Positions 27,021 through 36,291 of a DNA stretch of 63,032 bases are shown piece by piece; within the stretch, counting starts at the first letter, position 1; every line of letters begins with the position of its first letter. Source of the stretch: Bacteroidota bacterium (lineage in GTDB: Bacteria > Bacteroidota > Ignavibacteria > UBA10030 > UBA8401); assembly GCA_019455105.1 (NCBI GenBank), contig JACFMZ010000003.1, forward strand, positions 4,895-67,926, in the 5' to 3' direction. The position numbers and the translations under genes were made by a program. The notes under the pieces were generated by a model. It was not told the DNA's origin and searched no databases. It saw nothing but the letters and a program-made list of their open reading frames with translations.

Positions 27021-29118
27021 TGGTAACCTCCAAAGTGGTGATAAATTCTATGTCTGTTTCCGGCGGAAGTTCCGTAAACGAAAGCACGGTAATCATCGGA
27101 AACGTTGTATGAATTAAGCGGTAGAAATAGGGACGCACAGTTGCCACGCATAACACAACCGGATGAACGCCCTTCATTGCGGCAACTTCTACGCCTTGTT
27201 GTAAATTCTGTTGAATCTCATTAATAATTTCCGGCGCCAAGCCGAGACTCGGACTGGTATCGCGGGAATTTTGAAGCGCGGTGGTTAATAATTGTTCCAA
27301 TTTCGGATGCATGCCGATTGCGCGAAGAACGCCGCCGGCATCGGTATATAATCTGGCAATTGTTTCAGAAAGCGAATGACGCACATATTCCGTCAGCACA
27401 TCAACATTCTTTGTTACACGTGAATAATCTATCAACGCTTCAAGAATTGTTACGAGATCGCGAATCGGAATTCCTTCACGCAAAAGATTCTGCAATACTT
27501 TTTGAATGGAGCCAATCGGCAGCGTTTCCGGATTTACATCTTCCACCACGGCGGGAAATTCTTTTTTCAGATTTTCCACGAGTTTTTTTGTATCCTGCCG
27601 GGATAAAATTTTGTCCGCATGAATACGAAGCACTTCCTGCAGGTGTGTTGAAAGAACGGATGCCGGTTCCACGACAGTGTAACCAAGTACTTCGGCTTCA
27701 GTTTTATTCGCTTCGGTAATCCAGAGCGCCGGCATTCCGAACGCCGGTTCTTTTACTTTAATGCCTTCCACTTCGCGTTCTGTCTGCGTCGGTGTCATGG
27801 CTAAGTAGCGTTCTACCAATAAATGATCGGAAGCAATAACATTTCCGCGGATTTTAAATACATACTGGTCGGCTTCTAACTGTAGATTATCCCGCACGCG
27901 AATGGGAGGAATTATTATTCCCAAATCAATCGCCAGTTGTTTTCGTAAGTTTGTAATTCGATTGAACAAATCTCCCCCCTGCGCTTCATCCACAAGAGAA
28001 ATTAAGCCGTACCCGATTTCTAACTCAAGCGCATCCACTTGAAGATATTCTTCAATGCTCTCTTCTTTCTTTTTTGTTTCTTTCGGTTTTTCGTCGAGCT
28101 TTTGTGTTTCATCAATCGATTTTTGTTTTTTTGTATTTACGTAACCGATTGTTCCTGTTAATCCCGCCAACGCAAGAAATGGAATGGTCGGCAGTCCGGG
28201 AATAATGGCAAACACGCCGAGCGTTCCGGCAGCGATAAGAAGAACTTTCGGTTTTCCGAAAATTTGTCCGCGCACTTCCTGGTCCAATTTATTTCCGGAA
28301 GCGCTGCGCGTTACTACCATACCGGCGGCAGTGGCAATAATTAACGCGGGAATCTGCGTTACCAATCCGTCGCCGACGGTGAGCATGGTATAGGTTTTTA
28401 ACGAAGCGGAAAAACTTAAATTCCGCTGTACCATGCCGATAATAAATCCGCCGACAATATTTATGACATTGATAATTAATCCTGCCATGGCATCGCCGCG
28501 GACAAATTTGCTGGCGCCGTCCATTGCGCCGTAAAATTCTGCTTCGCGGGAAATCTGCGATCTGCGGTTGCGCGCTTCGGTTTCGGTGATAAGACCCGCA
28601 TTCATATCGGCATCAATCGCCATTTGTTTTCCGGGTAGAGCATCCAAAGTAAAGCGGGCGGCAACTTCGGAAATTCTGCCGGAACCTTTAACGATAACCA
28701 CAAACTGAATTAAGATGAGAATGATAAAAATAATGAAGCCGACAACATAATTTCCTTCCACCACAAACGTTCCGAACGAAGTAATAACTTCTCCGGCATA
28801 TCCTTCGCCGAGAATTAAACGCGTGGAGGCAACATTTAATGATAAACGGAAAATTGTGAGCACCAGCAGCAACGCGGGAAAGATTGAAATTTCCAACGGG
28901 TGCGTAATATACAGCGACACCATGAGAATGAGAATGGCAATAGTAATATTTGCCGCCAGTAAAATATCCAGCAGTACCGGCGGAAGCGGAATAATCATTA
29001 ACCCAAGAATTGCAATAACGGCAACAGCAAGAAGAATATCTGTATTGTTGCTGAATGTCTTCATTAAAGAAGTATTCATAAATCCCGAAGGAACCGTGGT
29101 TGTTGAAGATGTGCTCAT
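27010..29118 (-). CDS. flhA: flagellar type III export gate protein FlhA
   Basis: 702 aa. FHIPEP signature 'RFTLDALPGKQMAIDADMNAGLI...FYGAMDGASKFVRGDA'. Confidence 0.97.
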   Translation of the reverse strand: MSTSSTTTVPSGFMNTSLMKTFSNNTDILLAVAVIAILGLMIIPLPPVLLDILLAANITIAILILMVSLYITHPLEISIFPALLLVLTIFRLSLNVASTRLILGEGYAGEVITSFGTFVVEGNYVVGFIIFIILILIQFVVIVKGSGRISEVAARFTLDALPGKQMAIDADMNAGLITETEARNRRSQISREAEFYGAMDGASKFVRGDAMAGLIINVINIVGGFIIGMVQRNLSFSASLKTYTMLTVGDGLVTQIPALIIATAAGMVVTRSASGNKLDQEVRGQIFGKPKVLLIAAGTLGVFAIIPGLPTIPFLALAGLTGTIGYVNTKKQKSIDETQKLDEKPKETKKKEESIEEYLQVDALELEIGYGLISLVDEAQGGDLFNRITNLRKQLAIDLGIIIPPIRVRDNLQLEADQYVFKIRGNVIASDHLLVERYLAMTPTQTEREVEGIKVKEPAFGMPALWITEANKTEAEVLGYTVVEPASVLSTHLQEVLRIHADKILSRQDTKKLVENLKKEFPAVVEDVNPETLPIGSIQKVLQNLLREGIPIRDLVTILEALIDYSRVTKNVDVLTEYVRHSLSETIARLYTDAGGVLRAIGMHPKLEQLLTTALQNSRDTSPSLGLAPEIINEIQQNLQQGVEVAAMKGVHPVVLCVATVRPYFYRLIHTTFPMITVLSFTELPPETDIEFITTLEVTNAN

Positions 29119-30200
29119 ACAAGTTTATTTTTTCGTGTTTTTAATCGGTAGATATAAGCAAGAATCTGCGCGACAGCCTGGAATAATTTTTCGGGAATAT
29201 ATTCTCCGATATCCACGGTTTTATACAATGCCTGCGCCAGCGGCTTATCTTCCACCGTTGGGATGTTGTGCTGCTTTGCGACCTCTTTAATTTTCTGCGC
29301 CATCAAATCGGCGCCTTTTGCCAGAACTTTCGGCGCGTGCATTTTTTTTGCATCGTATTGCAGCGCAATGGCAAAGTGCGTCGGATTTGTTACCACCACA
29401 TCGGCTTTCGGCACATCGGTCATCATTCTGCGGTAGGCAATCTGGCGCTGAAGCATTTTAATTCTTCCTTTTATTTCCGGATTACCTTCCGTCATTTTTG
29501 TTTCTTCTTTTACTTCCTGCTTGGTCATGCGGAGATTTTTTTCAAATTCAAAGCGCTGATAACCGTAGTCGATAATGCCGATGACGACAAACGCAATTCC
29601 GACTTTCACAAAAATTTCCATAGTAGAGGAAATTAAAAAATTACCGATCTGCGAAGCATCGGAATCTACCAGCATTACTGCTCGATCCAGCAAATCGGAA
29701 ATAATGAAATACGCAACAATACCGACAACCGTGGCTTTGAAAATACTTTTCAGCATTTCAACTAATGTATGCGTGGAAATCATAATCCGCTTAATGCCGG
29801 CGAAAGGATTGAGCTTATTCCATTTCAAGCGAAGCGCCTGCGGCGTAAATTTAAAACCGACCTGCGCAATATTGGAAATCATTCCAATAACAAAAAAACC
29901 GGCAAGAATCGGAAGAAGCGTTGCCGCAAAAAAGATCATCAGTTTTCCGAAATAATATTGAACGGTTTCGCCGGTTAATTCAATAGTCGGAATAACCATA
30001 ACAATTGTTTTAAATAAATCATTGATGTGTGAATAAACCGACGAGCCGAATAAATACACAACAAAAAATCCGGGAAGAAGCATGGCAATGGCATTTAAAT
30101 CCATACTTTTCGCCACCATTCCCTTTTCGCGGGAATCTTCCCGTTTTTTTCCTGTCGCCGGCTCAGTACGTTCTTCTTTATCGGGTGCTTCGTCTGCCAT
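29115..30200 (-). CDS. flhB: flagellar export switch protein FlhB
   Basis: N-terminal 'EERTEPATGKKREDSREKG'. NPTH autocleavage site 'VVVTNPTHFAIAL'. Confidence 0.95.
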   Translation of the reverse strand: MADEAPDKEERTEPATGKKREDSREKGMVAKSMDLNAIAMLLPGFFVVYLFGSSVYSHINDLFKTIVMVIPTIELTGETVQYYFGKLMIFFAATLLPILAGFFVIGMISNIAQVGFKFTPQALRLKWNKLNPFAGIKRIMISTHTLVEMLKSIFKATVVGIVAYFIISDLLDRAVMLVDSDASQIGNFLISSTMEIFVKVGIAFVVIGIIDYGYQRFEFEKNLRMTKQEVKEETKMTEGNPEIKGRIKMLQRQIAYRRMMTDVPKADVVVTNPTHFAIALQYDAKKMHAPKVLAKGADLMAQKIKEVAKQHNIPTVEDKPLAQALYKTVDIGEYIPEKLFQAVAQILAYIYRLKTRKNKLV

Positions 30201-30967
30201 TACATCATCCTGATTAATTCTATAATTGAAGTTTCAAATACCGTTAACATTTTTTTGAACACAAAAACAATAACGGGAATGGTTGCGCTGAGCACAATCA
30301 TGCCGACAGTAATTTTCAGCGAAAAAATAATTCCGAAAATATTCATTTGCGGCATTACTTTATTGAGAATTCCCAGCGAAATATTTGTCAGAAAAAGCGA
30401 AACGAGAATCGGCGCCGCAATTTTTACGGCAATAATAAAAATCTGTCCGGTAATTGCCACCACTTGGTTCACAACGGATTCCGTAACGACCCACGTGCCG
30501 ATCGGAATCGCCGCATAACTTCCGCGAAGCGCTTCAAGCATAAAATGATGACCGTTCAGCAAAAGAAAAATCATTAACAAAAAGAGATAGAGCAGTTCGC
30601 CGAGCACGGGAAACGATGCGTTGTTTTCCTGGTCGTACATCATTGCCATTGAAAATCCCATATCAATGCCGATTAAATCTCCGGCGTAACGAATGCCCGC
30701 AAAAATTACCGTCATCATAAACCCAATGGCAAGACCTGCGACAATTTCTTTCAGCCCTAACAACACGAGACCGATAAGCGTAATGCTGCCAAGCGAAAAA
30801 GTATGCTGCACGAGAGCATACATAACAAACGCCAAAAAAACAGAGAGCGCCGCTTTAATCTGCAGCGGTACGTTTTGATGTCCGAACACCGGCGCGGCAA
30901 TAATCATGCTGGCAATGCGGATGAAGAGAAGAATAAAAATTATAAATTGTTGAACGTAAATTTCCAT
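30200..30967 (-). CDS. fliR: flagellar export protein FliR
   Basis: 255-aa polytopic protein between fliQ and flhB. The stop overlaps the flhB start (TAATG). Confidence 0.88.
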   Translation of the reverse strand: MEIYVQQFIIFILLFIRIASMIIAAPVFGHQNVPLQIKAALSVFLAFVMYALVQHTFSLGSITLIGLVLLGLKEIVAGLAIGFMMTVIFAGIRYAGDLIGIDMGFSMAMMYDQENNASFPVLGELLYLFLLMIFLLLNGHHFMLEALRGSYAAIPIGTWVVTESVVNQVVAITGQIFIIAVKIAAPILVSLFLTNISLGILNKVMPQMNIFGIIFSLKITVGMIVLSATIPVIVFVFKKMLTVFETSIIELIRMM

Positions 30968-30979
30968 TGCGCCTGTTCG

Positions 30980-31246
30980 TTATTTTAAAATGCTGATCTG
31001 TTGAAATAAATTTGTTGTAAAAGCAATCATTACATCCATCATCCACGGCAGAGCAAGAACCAGCACAATGGCAATAGCAATCATCTTCGGCACAAAGGTG
31101 AGCGTTACTTCCTGAATTGATGTTGCCGCCTGAATAATGGAAATAATTAAACCGACAATTAACGAAAGAAGAAGTACCGGCGATGCTAACAGCAGCATTG
31201 TATAAAATGCTTCACGAATTAAATTCACCACAAATGCTTCGGACAT
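30980..31246 (-). CDS. fliQ: flagellar export protein FliQ
   Basis: 88 aa with two TM segments. 'SIIQAATSIQEVTLTFVPK' motif. Confidence 0.92.
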   Translation of the reverse strand: MSEAFVVNLIREAFYTMLLLASPVLLLSLIVGLIISIIQAATSIQEVTLTFVPKMIAIAIVLVLALPWMMDVMIAFTTNLFQQISILK

Positions 31247-31255
31247 ACTGCACCT

Positions 31256-32008
31256 TTAATGAAAACTTGAAATAAGCGAACCGATAACCAGATGCCAGCC
31301 ATCCACCAGAATAAAAAGAAGAATTTTAAACGGCAGAGATACCATACTCGGCGGCAGCATCATCATACCCATAGACATTAAAATGCTGGCAACAATTAAA
31401 TCGATAATGAGAAACGGCACGAACAAGATAAACCCGATTTGAAACCCGATGCGCAATTCACTAATGGCAAACGCCGGAACCAGAACTTGAAGCGGAATAT
31501 CGGCGCGCGTTTCCGGTTTGGGCATGCTGTTCATTTTCACAAACAGCGCCAGATCTTCTTCACGGGTTTGCTTCATCATAAATTCCCGCAGCGGCACAAC
31601 GGCTTTTTCATACGCCTGGGTGGTGGTAATTTTATGATTCATATACGGTTGAATTGCCGTGGTATTCATAACATCCCATACCGGCGCCATTACAAAGAAC
31701 GTTAAAAACATTGCCAGCCCGACGAGAATCTGCGCCGGAGGCATTTGCGGCGTTCCCATTGCCTGTTTTAAAAAGTGAAGCACAACAATAATGCGCGTAA
31801 ATGCCGTGGTGAGAATTAAAATTGCCGGCGCTAACGAAAGAATCGTCATTAAAAACAGTATCTGCAGCGTTACGGAAACATCTTCCGGCTTGGAAGATTT
31901 TCCGACTTCAATATTCACTTTCGGCAGAGGAAGCTGCGGGTTCTGCGCGCTGACAAAATTGTAGCAGAAAAAAGCGACGATAAGAATTAAAAGAATTTTT
32001 TTACCCAT
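31256..32008 (-). CDS. fliP: flagellar export protein FliP
   Basis: Signal peptide. 'TILSLAPAILILTTAFTRIIVVLHFLKQAMG' and 'FLIIDLIVASILMSMGMMMLPP' are present. Confidence 0.95.
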   Translation of the reverse strand: MGKKILLILIVAFFCYNFVSAQNPQLPLPKVNIEVGKSSKPEDVSVTLQILFLMTILSLAPAILILTTAFTRIIVVLHFLKQAMGTPQMPPAQILVGLAMFLTFFVMAPVWDVMNTTAIQPYMNHKITTTQAYEKAVVPLREFMMKQTREEDLALFVKMNSMPKPETRADIPLQVLVPAFAISELRIGFQIGFILFVPFLIIDLIVASILMSMGMMMLPPSMVSLPFKILLFILVDGWHLVIGSLISSFH

Positions 32009-32451
32009 TGCGCCAATCTCTGTCTGCGTTCCTGCAATAACGGTGTGAATGATTGCTCGGCACTATTTTTCGACTGCGCGGCAGCACTCCCCATGAGCGT
32101 ACCAAGATCCGGCAGACGGAAAAAAATACTTTGCGAACTGTTTGAAATTGACGGCACTGAAGTTGATTCAAATTCTGTTGAAGCACGCACCACTTCCTCC
32201 CCATCCATTTCCCCCAAGACTGTTAAGCCGTTTTCTGCAGAGCCGAGAACGTACACCGTATTTAATACTTTCACCACGTGAATTGCCCGCTTCGGGGTAA
32301 GATTTTTTTGCCCGAGAACATCAATTGCCACTTTGTGATTTTTCTGCGGGGAAAAAAGACCGACATATTTTTTCATGAGTTTGCTGATGCCGAACATTAA
32401 GGCGATGACTACGCCGAGAGATGCCAGCATTTGTACGACGAGCATTGTCAT
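31987..32451 (-). CDS. fliO: FliO/FliZ-like flagellar biosynthesis protein
   Basis: Single N-terminal TM segment. Position between fliN and fliP. Start set at ATG 32451, 1 nt after the fliN stop. Confidence 0.5.
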   Translation of the reverse strand: MTMLVVQMLASLGVVIALMFGISKLMKKYVGLFSPQKNHKVAIDVLGQKNLTPKRAIHVVKVLNTVYVLGSAENGLTVLGEMDGEEVVRASTEFESTSVPSISNSSQSIFFRLPDLGTLMGSAAAQSKNSAEQSFTPLLQERRQRLAQWVKKFF

Positions 32452-32452
32452 A

Positions 32453-32767
32453 TTACATACCAAGATTTTTTAAGCGTTCCGAAGAATCTACTAAACTGGT
32501 AATGCGGATGCCGAAATGTTTTTCAATAACAACCACTTCTCCTTCCGCAACCTTTTTTCCGTTCACAAGAATATCCACCGGTTCGCTGGCAAGTTTTTCT
32601 AATTCAACAACCGAACCGCGCTGGAGACCGAGAATATCTTTTATCTGCATTTTTGTCCGCCCAAGTTCAATTGAAACTTGTAAGGCAAGATCGAGAAGAA
32701 TATCCATTTTAATATCCTTTGCTTCCTGTCCTGCCGGCTGCGGTGCTTTTACTTCTTGTGTTTCCAT
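32453..32767 (-). CDS. fliN: flagellar switch protein FliN (SpoA domain only)
   Basis: 'LLDLALQVSIELGRTKMQIKDILGLQRGSVVELEKLASEPVDILVNGKKVAEGEVVVI'. Confidence 0.93.
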   Translation of the reverse strand: METQEVKAPQPAGQEAKDIKMDILLDLALQVSIELGRTKMQIKDILGLQRGSVVELEKLASEPVDILVNGKKVAEGEVVVIEKHFGIRITSLVDSSERLKNLGM

Positions 32768-32785
32768 AAACTTATTCCTTACTTT

Positions 32786-33784
32786 TTATTGCTGTGAATT
32801 TCCGCGTTCAATGCGTATTGCCAAATGGCCGTTTGATGCCCCCGGTTTCCCGTAAAACCGCGTTGCACCTCCAATGTTAAGCTGAACATCGCCGTTTATG
32901 GAAATATTCGTTTTCACCACATCGCCAATTTCTAACCGTAAAAATTCTTTCATGGTAATTGAAGCGTTCCCAAGAACGGCGGAGACCGAAACTTCGGTCT
33001 GCGTTACTTTTTGCGCAAGAATATTTGACCATTCTTTCTTTGAATTATTAATTGCAATGCCGGCGGCTGCCCCCTGAGTGTTAATTTTTGTCAATTCATC
33101 TTCCAGCGCAAAGGTTGGGAAGCAGACATTCATCATAAATTTTTGATCGCCGACTGTGACTTCCAACGAAACAAGCAGCACAATTTCACTTGCCGGGGCA
33201 ATTTGAATAAATTCTCCTTCCGTTTCGTACCGCTCAATTTGAAATGTTAACGGTGCAATAGTCTTCCATGCTTTTTGAAGATCGGCAACTGCGCGCTGCG
33301 TAATTCCGCGAACAATAGTCTGCTCAATTTCCGTCAGCAGCCGCGCTTTCTTTTCTTTGCCGATTGGTCCGCCGAGCAGACGCGAAACCATACTGAGAGC
33401 AAGCTGCGGACTTATTTCCAAAACGGCGAGCGCATCATTTTCTACAATGCGGAAAACAAATAAACTGCTCGGATTGCCGATGGACAATACAAATTCCGAA
33501 TAGAACAGCTGGTCAATCGATGCAAGCGTAATATTAACGGTTGTTTGAAGCCGAGAGATTAAATACGAACTGAATGACTCGGCAAAACTTTCATGAATTG
33601 CCTGTAAGGTCCGCATTTGATTTTTTGACAGCCGGTGCGGAAGACGAAAATCAAAAGTGACCGCATCTTTATCTGTTCCCTTCGCTTCCGGCTTCGTCTG
33701 TTCTTCTGAAGACATGGCAACGGAGCCGCTGTTAATTCCGGCAAGAAGATTATCGATATCTTGTTGTGAAAGTAAATCTGCCAT
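32786..33784 (-). CDS. fliM: flagellar switch protein FliM
   Basis: N-terminal CheY-P-binding motif 'LSQQDIDNLL'. FliM middle domain and C-terminal SpoA-like domain. Confidence 0.93.
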   Translation of the reverse strand: MADLLSQQDIDNLLAGINSGSVAMSSEEQTKPEAKGTDKDAVTFDFRLPHRLSKNQMRTLQAIHESFAESFSSYLISRLQTTVNITLASIDQLFYSEFVLSIGNPSSLFVFRIVENDALAVLEISPQLALSMVSRLLGGPIGKEKKARLLTEIEQTIVRGITQRAVADLQKAWKTIAPLTFQIERYETEGEFIQIAPASEIVLLVSLEVTVGDQKFMMNVCFPTFALEDELTKINTQGAAAGIAINNSKKEWSNILAQKVTQTEVSVSAVLGNASITMKEFLRLEIGDVVKTNISINGDVQLNIGGATRFYGKPGASNGHLAIRIERGNSQQ

Positions 33785-33790
33785 AGGTTT

Positions 33791-34303
33791 TTATTGAATG
33801 ATGAACTTGCTAAAATAGACGTTGCTGATTTTTCCGCTTCGCAGCATAGTGTTAATTTTATCGGTAATTTCTTTTCGAAGACTTTCTTTAAACATCGGAG
33901 AAGAAAGCTCTTCTAAATTTTTATTTGTTAAAATGGTATTCAGCACATCGCGGGTTTGAATTTCTTTCTGCTCCAATTCTCCTTTTACTTCTATGGTTGG
34001 AACTTCAAGACCGATTGTGGTAAGAAGGAAGCGCGTTCCGTTTGTTCCGGCCGGATTTACAATAATATCTTTCACGACAATAACCTGCGCCGGAGAAGCT
34101 TCGGATTTTACTTCTTCTTTTATTTCAACCGGTTTTGCGCTTGAAGCTGAAGGGGCAACAAATTTTGCAAAGATAAAATAAAGCAGCACGGACTGTATGA
34201 GAATAATCGGAATACCAATGATTAAAATCTTTTTCAGCGAAAAAGAATCTTTTGCCGGTGCTTCTTGAACGGGTGCTTGTGTTGGGGTTGTTTCTTTTGC
34301 CAT
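33791..34303 (-). CDS. fliL: flagellar basal-body-associated protein FliL
   Basis: Single TM segment. 'DIIVNPAGTNGTRFLLTTIGLEV...' FliL pattern. Position upstream of fliM. Confidence 0.85.
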   Translation of the reverse strand: MAKETTPTQAPVQEAPAKDSFSLKKILIIGIPIILIQSVLLYFIFAKFVAPSASSAKPVEIKEEVKSEASPAQVIVVKDIIVNPAGTNGTRFLLTTIGLEVPTIEVKGELEQKEIQTRDVLNTILTNKNLEELSSPMFKESLRKEITDKINTMLRSGKISNVYFSKFIIQ

Positions 34304-34332
34304 AATTTTCTCCTATTACTCATACTGCTTTT

Positions 34333-34347
34333 ACAAAGCGTATGCCA
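34333..34347 (-). promoter_or_regulatory. near-consensus sigma-54-type element upstream of fliL
   Basis: The minus strand reads TGGCAT-ACGCT-TTGT, so the -12 reads GT rather than GC. It ends 30 nt upstream of the fliL ATG, with AGGAGAA in between. Confidence 0.3.
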
Positions 34348-34456
34348 TCAATTTTAGAAGAAAACAGGCAAAATTACGTTATTTTAACGGGTTTTTTGTG
34401 TGTGAAAAAAATTAATAATCAGCATCTTGGCTATTATTAGCCAGATGAACATAATA

Positions 34457-34486
34457 CTTCGGGCAGTCTATTCAGACTGCCCGAAG
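34457..34486 (-). terminator. strong hairpin (intrinsic terminator or attenuator) downstream of flgE
   Basis: Perfect 13-bp stem CTTCGGGCAGTCT / AGACTGCCCGAAG with a 4-nt loop. It starts 11 nt after the flgE stop and is followed on the mRNA strand by UAUUAUGUU. Confidence 0.6.
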
Positions 34487-34497
34487 AGCTTAATTAA

Positions 34498-35760
34498 TTA
34501 TCGTTTCAAATTTACAACTTCATTAAGAATTTCATCGCTTGTTGTAATAACGCGGGCGTTCGATTGAAATCCGCGCTGTGCAACAATCATTTTTGTAAAT
34601 TCGTCCGGAAGGTCAACGTTTGATTGTTCAATTGAACCGGCAGCAATAAGCGAACGAGAAGTTCCGCCGGCAGAAACCGTGACCGGAATTCCTGAGTTCG
34701 ATGAAACATCAAACAAGCCGTCTCCGGCTTTAGTCAGTCCGCTCGGATTATTAAATTCCGCAAGCATCACTTGACCGAGACGAAGCGATTGCCCGTTGGA
34801 AAATGTTGCATTGATAAATCCGTTCTGATCAATATTCCAAGAAGAAAGTTCTCCGGCTGTATATCCGTCTTGTTCACGGGCAGTAACATTCATCGGACGA
34901 TTGTTTTGACTGATACCGTTCGTTTCGTTTGGTTCTCCGAAATTTAAAGTAATTGCCAAATCAGAAGTTCCGGCGTTTGTAGAAATAGCAAGATTTGTTG
35001 CACCGCCGCCGTATGCCATTGTGTTTAATGTTCCGTCTGCATTAAAAGTTAATGTACCGGTTCCGCCGGAATTAATAGTTGCAGGACTTGGAACATCCAC
35101 GCTCCACGACCATTGATTACTCGCCGTCTTTGTATAAACAACAGAAAGCGAAATCGGATTTCCCTGCGAATCGTACACCGTTACCGTTGAGTTTGCCGTA
35201 TCGCCGACGGCGGCATCAGTTTTCAAATTTCCGGAAAATTTTGCAAGAGTGGTTGCTTTTGCCGGAGATTTTTTATCGAGATTAATTTTCAAATCTTCCA
35301 GCTTTGTGCCGCCGGGAATATTTCCTAATGCATCAGCCATTTTTCCTTGAAGCACTGCGCCGGTTCCCGGTAAGACTAATCTTCCCGATCCGTCGCGTTC
35401 AAAAGTACCGATACGAGTGAAGTACGGTTTTCCGCCGGCGTTAACAATAAAGAACCCTGTTCCCTGAATGGCAAGGTCGCTGTCTTTTCCGGTGGTTTCA
35501 ATTCCGCCCTGCGTAAAATTTGTATCGAGTGAATTAATTTTAGATCCAAGCCCGATTTGAATCGGGTTTGTGCCGCCGCTGACATCAGTTCCGCCTGATG
35601 CGCCGCGCAAAGTCTGCGCAAACATTTCCGAAAATGTTATGCGGCTTCCTTTGAATCCGATGGTGTTAATGTTGGCGACGTTATTTCCGATAACGTCCAT
35701 CATTAATGTGTGGTTGCGCAGACCGGTAACGCCTGCCGAAAGTGAGCGTAAGAACGCCAT
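34498..35760 (-). CDS. flgE: flagellar hook protein FlgE
   Basis: 'MAFLRSLSAGVTGLRNHTLMMDVIGNNVANINTIGFK' and C-terminal 'IEQSNVDLPDEFTKMIVAQRGFQSNARVI'. Confidence 0.95.
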   Translation of the reverse strand: MAFLRSLSAGVTGLRNHTLMMDVIGNNVANINTIGFKGSRITFSEMFAQTLRGASGGTDVSGGTNPIQIGLGSKINSLDTNFTQGGIETTGKDSDLAIQGTGFFIVNAGGKPYFTRIGTFERDGSGRLVLPGTGAVLQGKMADALGNIPGGTKLEDLKINLDKKSPAKATTLAKFSGNLKTDAAVGDTANSTVTVYDSQGNPISLSVVYTKTASNQWSWSVDVPSPATINSGGTGTLTFNADGTLNTMAYGGGATNLAISTNAGTSDLAITLNFGEPNETNGISQNNRPMNVTAREQDGYTAGELSSWNIDQNGFINATFSNGQSLRLGQVMLAEFNNPSGLTKAGDGLFDVSSNSGIPVTVSAGGTSRSLIAAGSIEQSNVDLPDEFTKMIVAQRGFQSNARVITTSDEILNEVVNLKR

Positions 35761-35899
35761 AGTAGTACCCCTTCTATTAGGTATGTTGTTGATTCTGCGT
35801 CAAGTCTCTGTCGTTCAACTTGACGAAGGGGCTTCCTTGCTCTTATGAAGAGTTGAAGGACCAGCCCGGTGATTTATTGTTTGTTATTGAGAAATTTTT

Positions 35900-36289
35900 T
35901 TATTCAGCAATTACAGCGCTGTCGATATTTGTAAAAACATTCTGCTGTAAATTGGCTTTATCAATTGCCGTTACCACGGTTCGGTTTTTCACGCTGACGA
36001 TGAACGCCATATCCCGAAGAAAAACGAGCGAGTCATTCGATCCTTTTTGTTCCGCCATGGAAACCGCATTTTGTAATTTCATTTTATCTGCATCGTTCAG
36101 CGAAATGCTGCGCGAGTCCAAACGCTGCTGCGCATGTTTGGAAAACTTGAGTTCATCCAGTTCCTTTTCAAAGACATTCTGAAACGTTTCCTTCCCATCC
36201 ATACCGACAGGAATACGCTGCGGCGAAGAATCAACGCCGCGCACAGGCACAAAAGGAACACGAACATTATTAATCATTGTGTCGGACAT
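35900..36289 (-). CDS. small conserved flagellar-operon protein (the type often found between flgD and flgE)
   Basis: 129 aa. 'FSKHAQQRLDSRSISL' motif. Position between flgD and flgE, as in Firmicutes and Thermotogae fla operons. Confidence 0.45.
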   Translation of the reverse strand: MSDTMINNVRVPFVPVRGVDSSPQRIPVGMDGKETFQNVFEKELDELKFSKHAQQRLDSRSISLNDADKMKLQNAVSMAEQKGSNDSLVFLRDMAFIVSVKNRTVVTAIDKANLQQNVFTNIDSAVIAE

Positions 36290-36291
36290 TG

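Noticed and set aside
27318-29290. Long alternative-frame and antisense ORFs inside flhA: 27318-27719, 28688-29122 and 28823-29290.
   Set aside because: They lie entirely within the confidently assigned flhA gene. Their odd composition (Cys/Tyr/His-rich or Arg-rich) is typical of out-of-frame reading.
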